From Eledone cirrhosa (lineage: Eukaryota), in NCBI GenBank assembly GCA_964016885.1, contig OZ024743.1, positions 218,736,001-218,800,000 on the forward strand: a stretch of 64,000 nt of DNA, given 5' to 3'. Shown here piece by piece: positions 60,201 through 64,000 of this stretch. Under the pieces are notes generated by a model that saw only the letters and a list, made by a program, of their open reading frames with translations, ran no database searches and was not told where the DNA came from. Position 1 is the first letter of the stretch, and every line of letters begins with the position of its first letter. The position numbers and the translations under genes were made by a program.

Positions 60201-63200
60201 GTGTGGTAAGGTGTGTGTGAAAGTGAGGTGAGGTGTGTGTGAAAGTGAGATCAGGCGTGAGTGAAACAGAGATCAGGTGTGTGTGAAAGAGAGGTCAGGT
60301 GTGTGTGAAAGTGAGGTGAGGTGTGTGTGAAAGAGAGGTGAGGTGTGTGTGAAAGAGAGGTCAGGTGTGTGTGAAAGAGAGGTCAGGTGCGTGTGAAAGA
60401 GAGGTGATGTTTGGGTGAAAGTGAGGTTAGGCGTGTGTGTAAGAGAGGTGAGGTGTGTGTGAAAGTGAGGGGAGGTGTGTGTGAAAGTGAGGTGAGGTGT
60501 GTGTGAAAGTGAGGTAAGGTGTGTGAAAGTGAGGTGAGGTGTGTGTGAAAGTGAGGTAAGGTGTGTGTGTAAGAGAGGTGAGGTGTGTGTGAAAGTGAGG
60601 TAAGGTGTGTGTGTAAGAGAGGTGAGGTGTGTGTGAAAGTGAGGTAAGGTCTGTGTGAAAGTGAGGTGAGGTGTGTGTGAAAGTTAGGTAAGGTGTGTGT
60701 GAAAGTGAGGTGAGGTGTGTGTGAGAGTGAGGAAAGGTGTGTGTGAAAGTGAGGTGAGGTGTGTGTGAAAGTGAGGCAAGGTGTGTCTGAGAGTGAGGTG
60801 AGGTGTGTGTGAAAGTGAGGTAAGGTGTGTGTGAAAGTGAGGTGAGGTGTGTGTGAAAGTGAGGTGAGGTGTGTGTGAAAGTGAGGAAAGGTGTGTCGGA
60901 GAGTGAGGTGAGGTGTGTGTGAGAGTGAGGTGAGGTGTGTGTGAAAGTGAGGTGAGGTGTGTGTGGAAGTGAGGTGAGGTGTGTGTGTAAGAGAGGTGAG
61001 CCGTGTGTGAAAGTGATGTAAGGTGTGTGTGGAAGTGAGGTAATGTGTGTGTGAAAGTGAGGTGAGGTGCGTGTGAAAATGATGTGAGGTACGTGTGAAA
61101 GTGTGGTAAGGTGTGTGTGAAAGAGAGGTCAGGTGTGTGTGAAAGAGAGGTCAGGTGTGTGTGAAAGAGAGGTGATGTTTGGGTGAAAGTGAGGAGGGGT
61201 GTGTGTGAAAGTGAGGTGAGGTGTGTGCGAAAGTGAGGTGAGGTGTGTGTGAAAGACAGGTCAGGTGTGTGTGAAAAAGAGGTAAGGTGTGTGTGAAAGT
61301 GAGGTAAGGTGTGTGTCAAAGTGAGGTGGTGTGTGTGTGAAAGTGAGGTGAGGTGTGTGTGAAAGGGAGGTAAGGTGTGTGTGAAAATGATGTGAGATGT
61401 GTGTGAAAGGGAGGTAAGGTGTGTGTGTGAAAGTGAGGTAAGGTGTGTGTGTAAGAGAGGTAAGGTGTGTGTGAGAGTGAGGTGAGGTATGTGTGAGAGT
61501 GAGGTGAGGTGTGTGTGAAAGTGAGGTAAGGTGTGTGTAAAAGTGAGGGGAGGTGTGTGTGAAAGTGAGGTGAGGTGTGTGTGGAAGTGAGGTGAGGTGT
61601 GTGTGAAAGCGAGGTAAGGTGTGTGTAAAAGTGAGGAAAGGTGTGTGTGAAAGTGAGCAAAGGTGTGTGTGAAATTGAGGTGAGGCGTGTGTGAAAGTGA
61701 GGTAAGGTGTGTGTGAAAGTGAGGTAAGGTGTGTGTGAAAGTGAGGTGAAATGTGTGTAAAAGTGAGGTGAGGTGTGTGTGAAAGTGAGGTAAGGTGTGT
61801 GTGAAAGTGAGGTGAAATGTGTGTAAAAGTGAGGTGAGGTGTGTGTGAAAGTGAGGTAGGTGTGAGTGAAAGAGAGGTGAGGTGTGTGTGAAAGAGAGGT
61901 GAGGTGTGTGTGAAAGTAAGGTAAGGTGTGGGTGAAAGTGAGGTGAGGTGTGTGTAAAAGTGAGGTAAGGTGTGTGTGAAAGTGAGGTGAGGTGTGTGTG
62001 TAAGTGAGGTGAGGTGTGTGTGAAACAGAGGTGAGGTGTGTGTGAAAGTAAGGTGAGGTGTGTGTCAAAGTGAGGTGAGGTGTGTGTGAAAGTGAGGTGA
62101 GGTGTGTGTGAAAGTGAGGTGAGATGTGTGTGAAAGTGAGGTGAGGTGTGTGTTAAAGTGAGGTGAGGTGTGTGTGAAAGTAAGGTAAGGTGTGTGTGTA
62201 AGAGAGGTAAGGTGTGTGTGAAAGTGGGGTGAGGTGTGTGTGAAAGAGAGGTGAGGTGTGTGTGAAAGTAAGGTAAGGTGTGGGTGAAAGTGAGGTGAGG
62301 TGTGTATGAAAGAGAGGTGAGGTGCGTGAAATTGAGGTGAGGTGTGAAAGTGAGGTGAGGTGTGAGGGTGAGGTAAGGTGTGTGTGAAAGTGAGGTAATG
62401 TGTGTGTGAAAGTGAGGTGAGGTGCGTGTGAAAATGATGTGAGGTATGTGTGAAAGTGTGGTAAGGTGTGTGTGAAAGTGAGGTGAGGTGTGTGTGAAAG
62501 TGAGGTGAGGTGTGTGTGTGAAAGAGAGGTCAGGTGTGTGTGAAAAAGAGGTCAGGTGTGTGTGAAAGAGAGGTGATGATTGGGTGAAAGTGAGGTGAGG
62601 TGTGTGTGAAAGACAGGTCAGGTGTGTGTGAAACAGAGGTAAGGTGTGTGTGAAAGTGAGGTAAGGTGTGTGTCAAAGTGAGGTCAAGTGTGTGTGAAAG
62701 AGAGGTCAGGTGTGTGTGAAAGTGAGGTGAGGTGTGTGTGAAAGTGAGGTATGTGTGAAAGTGAGGTGAGGTGTGTGTGAAAGTGAGGTGAGGTGTGTGT
62801 GAAAGTGAGGTGGTGTGTGTGTGAAAGTGAGGTGAGGTGTGTGTGAAAGGGAGGTAAGGTGTGTGTGAAAATGATGTGAGATGTGTGTGAAAGGGAGGTA
62901 AGGTGTGTGTGTGAAAGTGAGGTAAGGTGTGTGTGTAAGAGAGGTGAGGTGCGTGTGAAAGTGAGGTAAGGTGTGTGTGAAAGTGAGGTGAGGTGTGTGT
63001 AAAAGTGAGGAAAGGTGTGTGTGAAAGTGAGCAAGGTGTGTGTGAAAGTGAGGTAAGGTGTGTGTGAAAGTGAGGTAAGGTGTGTGTGAAAGTGAGGTGA
63101 GGTGTGTGTGAAAGAGAGGTGAGGTGTGTGTGAAAGTAAGGTAAGGTGTGGGTGAAAGTGAGGTGAGGTGTGTGTAAAAGTGAGGTAAGGTGTGTGTGAA

Positions 63201-63540
63201 AGTGAGGTGAGGTGTGTGTGTAAGTGAGGTGAGGTGTGTGTGAAACAGAGGTGAGGTGTGTGTGAAAGTAAGGTGAGGTGTGTGTGAATGTGAGGTGAGG
63301 TGTGTGTGAAAGTGAGGTGAGGTGTGTGTGAAAGTGAGGTGAGGTGTGTGTGAAAGTGAGGTGAGGTGTGTGTTAAAGTGAGGTGAGGTGTGTGTGAAAG
63401 TAAGGTAAGGTGTGTGTGTAAGAGAGGTAAGGTGTGTGTGAAAGTGGGGTGAGGTGTGTGTGAAAGTGAGATCAGGCGTGAGTGAAACAGAGATCAGGTG
63501 TGTGTGAAAGAGAGGTCAGGTGTGTGTGAAAGTGAGGTGA
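45221..63540 (+). repeat. Copy B (~18.3 kb) of the large tandem duplication
   Basis: Same marker order as copy A. It lacks ~4.1 kb present in A (~35.5-39.6 kb) and has ~0.8 kb (61.38-62.18 kb) absent from A. Both copies end with GAGATCAGGCGTGAGTGAAACAGAGATCAGG (~45,150 and ~63,468). Confidence 0.85.
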
Positions 63541-64000
63541 GGTGTGTGTAAAAGTGAGGTGAGGTGTGTGTGAAAGTGAGATAGGTGTGAGTGAAAGAGA
63601 GGTGAGGTGTGTGTGAAAGAGAGGTGAGGTGTGTGCGAAAGTAAGGTGAGGTGTGTGTGAAAGTGAGGTGAGGTGTGTGTAAAAGTGAGGTAAGGTGTGT
63701 GTGAAAGTGAGGTGAGGTGTGTGTGAAAGTGAGGTGAGGTGTGTGTGTAAGTGAGGTGAGGTGTGTGTGAAACAGAGGTGAGGTGTGTGTGAAAGTGAGG
63801 TGAGGTGTGTGTGAAAGTGAGGTGAGGTGTGTGTAAAAGTGAGGTGAGGTGTGTGTGAAAGTAAGGTAAGGTGTGTGTGAAAGTGAGGTGAGGTGAGTGT
63901 GAAAGTGAGGTAAGGTGTGTGTGAAGGTGAGGTGAGGTCTGAAAGTGAGGTGAGGTTTGAAAGTGAGGTAAGGTGTGTGTGAAAGTGAGGTGAGGTGTGT

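Larger units (their letters stand above)
12240..63540 (+). repeat. Main higher-order-repeat (HOR) domain; core unit ~2.1 kb (~95 monomers) with many truncated or expanded derivatives
   Basis: A fixed order of variant monomers recurs. The anchor TCAGGTGCGTGTGAAAGAGAGGTGATGTTTGGG lies at 12243, 15111, 17828, 21662, 25939, 28001, 30463, 32201, 35022, ~38516, 39108, 42691, 47942, 50070, 52858, 54591, 56712 and ~60383. The cleanest spacings are 2062, 2128 and 2121 bp. Confidence 0.85.
384..64000 (+). repeat. Tandem array of a 22-bp monomer, consensus GAAAGTGAGGTGAGGTGTGTGT (~2,900 copies, single orientation, runs to the window edge)
   Basis: The 22-bp period is directly visible, with perfect consensus runs at e.g. 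~745-920 and ~10,130-10,255. Common variants are GTAAGG or GTCAGG for the second GTGAGG, GAAAGAG, GAGAGTG and GAAACAG heads, and +/-2-bp changes in the GT tract. Confidence 0.99.

Noticed and set aside
4719-63034. Long His/Thr/Ser/Pro-rich minus-strand ORFs (up to 746 aa) as mucin-like or histidine-rich protein genes
   Set aside because: They overlap in all frames, give the same repeat peptide, mostly start at TTG variants and have no unique domain or signal peptide. They follow directly from a stop-free 22-bp monomer.
384-64000. CRISPR array
   Set aside because: Monomers are contiguous with no unique spacers, there is no palindromic repeat, and no cas genes are present.
384-64000. Immunoglobulin switch region (G-rich pentamer repeats)
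   Set aside because: Switch regions are rich in AGCT/GAGCT and GGGGT. AGCT appears only sporadically here (~405, 955, 977, 19,163, 22,999, 43,423), and the array is much longer than known switch regions.
384-64000. Canonical telomerase-synthesised telomere tract
   Set aside because: There is no (TTAGGG)n or (TTAGG)n run, and ordered kb-scale variant patterns indicate DNA-templated copying. Only a subtelomeric or telomere-derived origin is kept as a hypothesis.
384-64000. Canonical G-quadruplex or Z-DNA array
   Set aside because: G-runs are mostly GG, with isolated GGG/GGGG and long loops, so the G3 pattern is not met. GT tracts are only ~4 dinucleotides, too short for a Z-DNA call.
384-64000. 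IRF/PRDM1 (GAAAGTGAAAGT) or E-box (CAGGTG) regulatory array
   Set aside because: Only the partial GAAAGTGA is present, and CAGGTG arises from a single common variant. Short motif matches in a low-complexity repeat do not support a regulatory call.

Overview
This window is almost entirely one non-coding tandem-repeat (satellite/minisatellite-type) array, most likely eukaryotic. About 383 bp of unique flank is followed by roughly 2,900 head-to-tail copies (estimated as length/22) of the 22-bp monomer GAAAGTGAGGTGAGGTGTGTGT, from ~384 to the right edge. The consensus has 11 G, 6 T, 5 A and no C on the + strand. I saw no inversion and no insertion of foreign sequence. All His/Thr/Leu/Ser/Pro/Phe-rich minus-strand ORFs are explained by the monomer's composition, so I do not call them genes. 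The informative signal is in the variant monomers, which act as barcodes. They reveal a left-edge domain, a distinct proximal domain (~2-12 kb), a recurring ~2.1-kb (~95-monomer) higher-order repeat, a 3.8-kb tandem duplication, a non-adjacent ~2.1-kb copy, and a ~22-kb/18-kb tandem duplication (or false haplotype duplication) joined near 45.2 kb. The monomer also carries motifs worth testing: a 5' splice-site match followed by a UG tract, and TTAGG-like pentamers. Any function for these is inference only. I found no protein-coding or RNA gene, no CRISPR array and no mobile element. Internal block boundaries were read by eye and are approximate.
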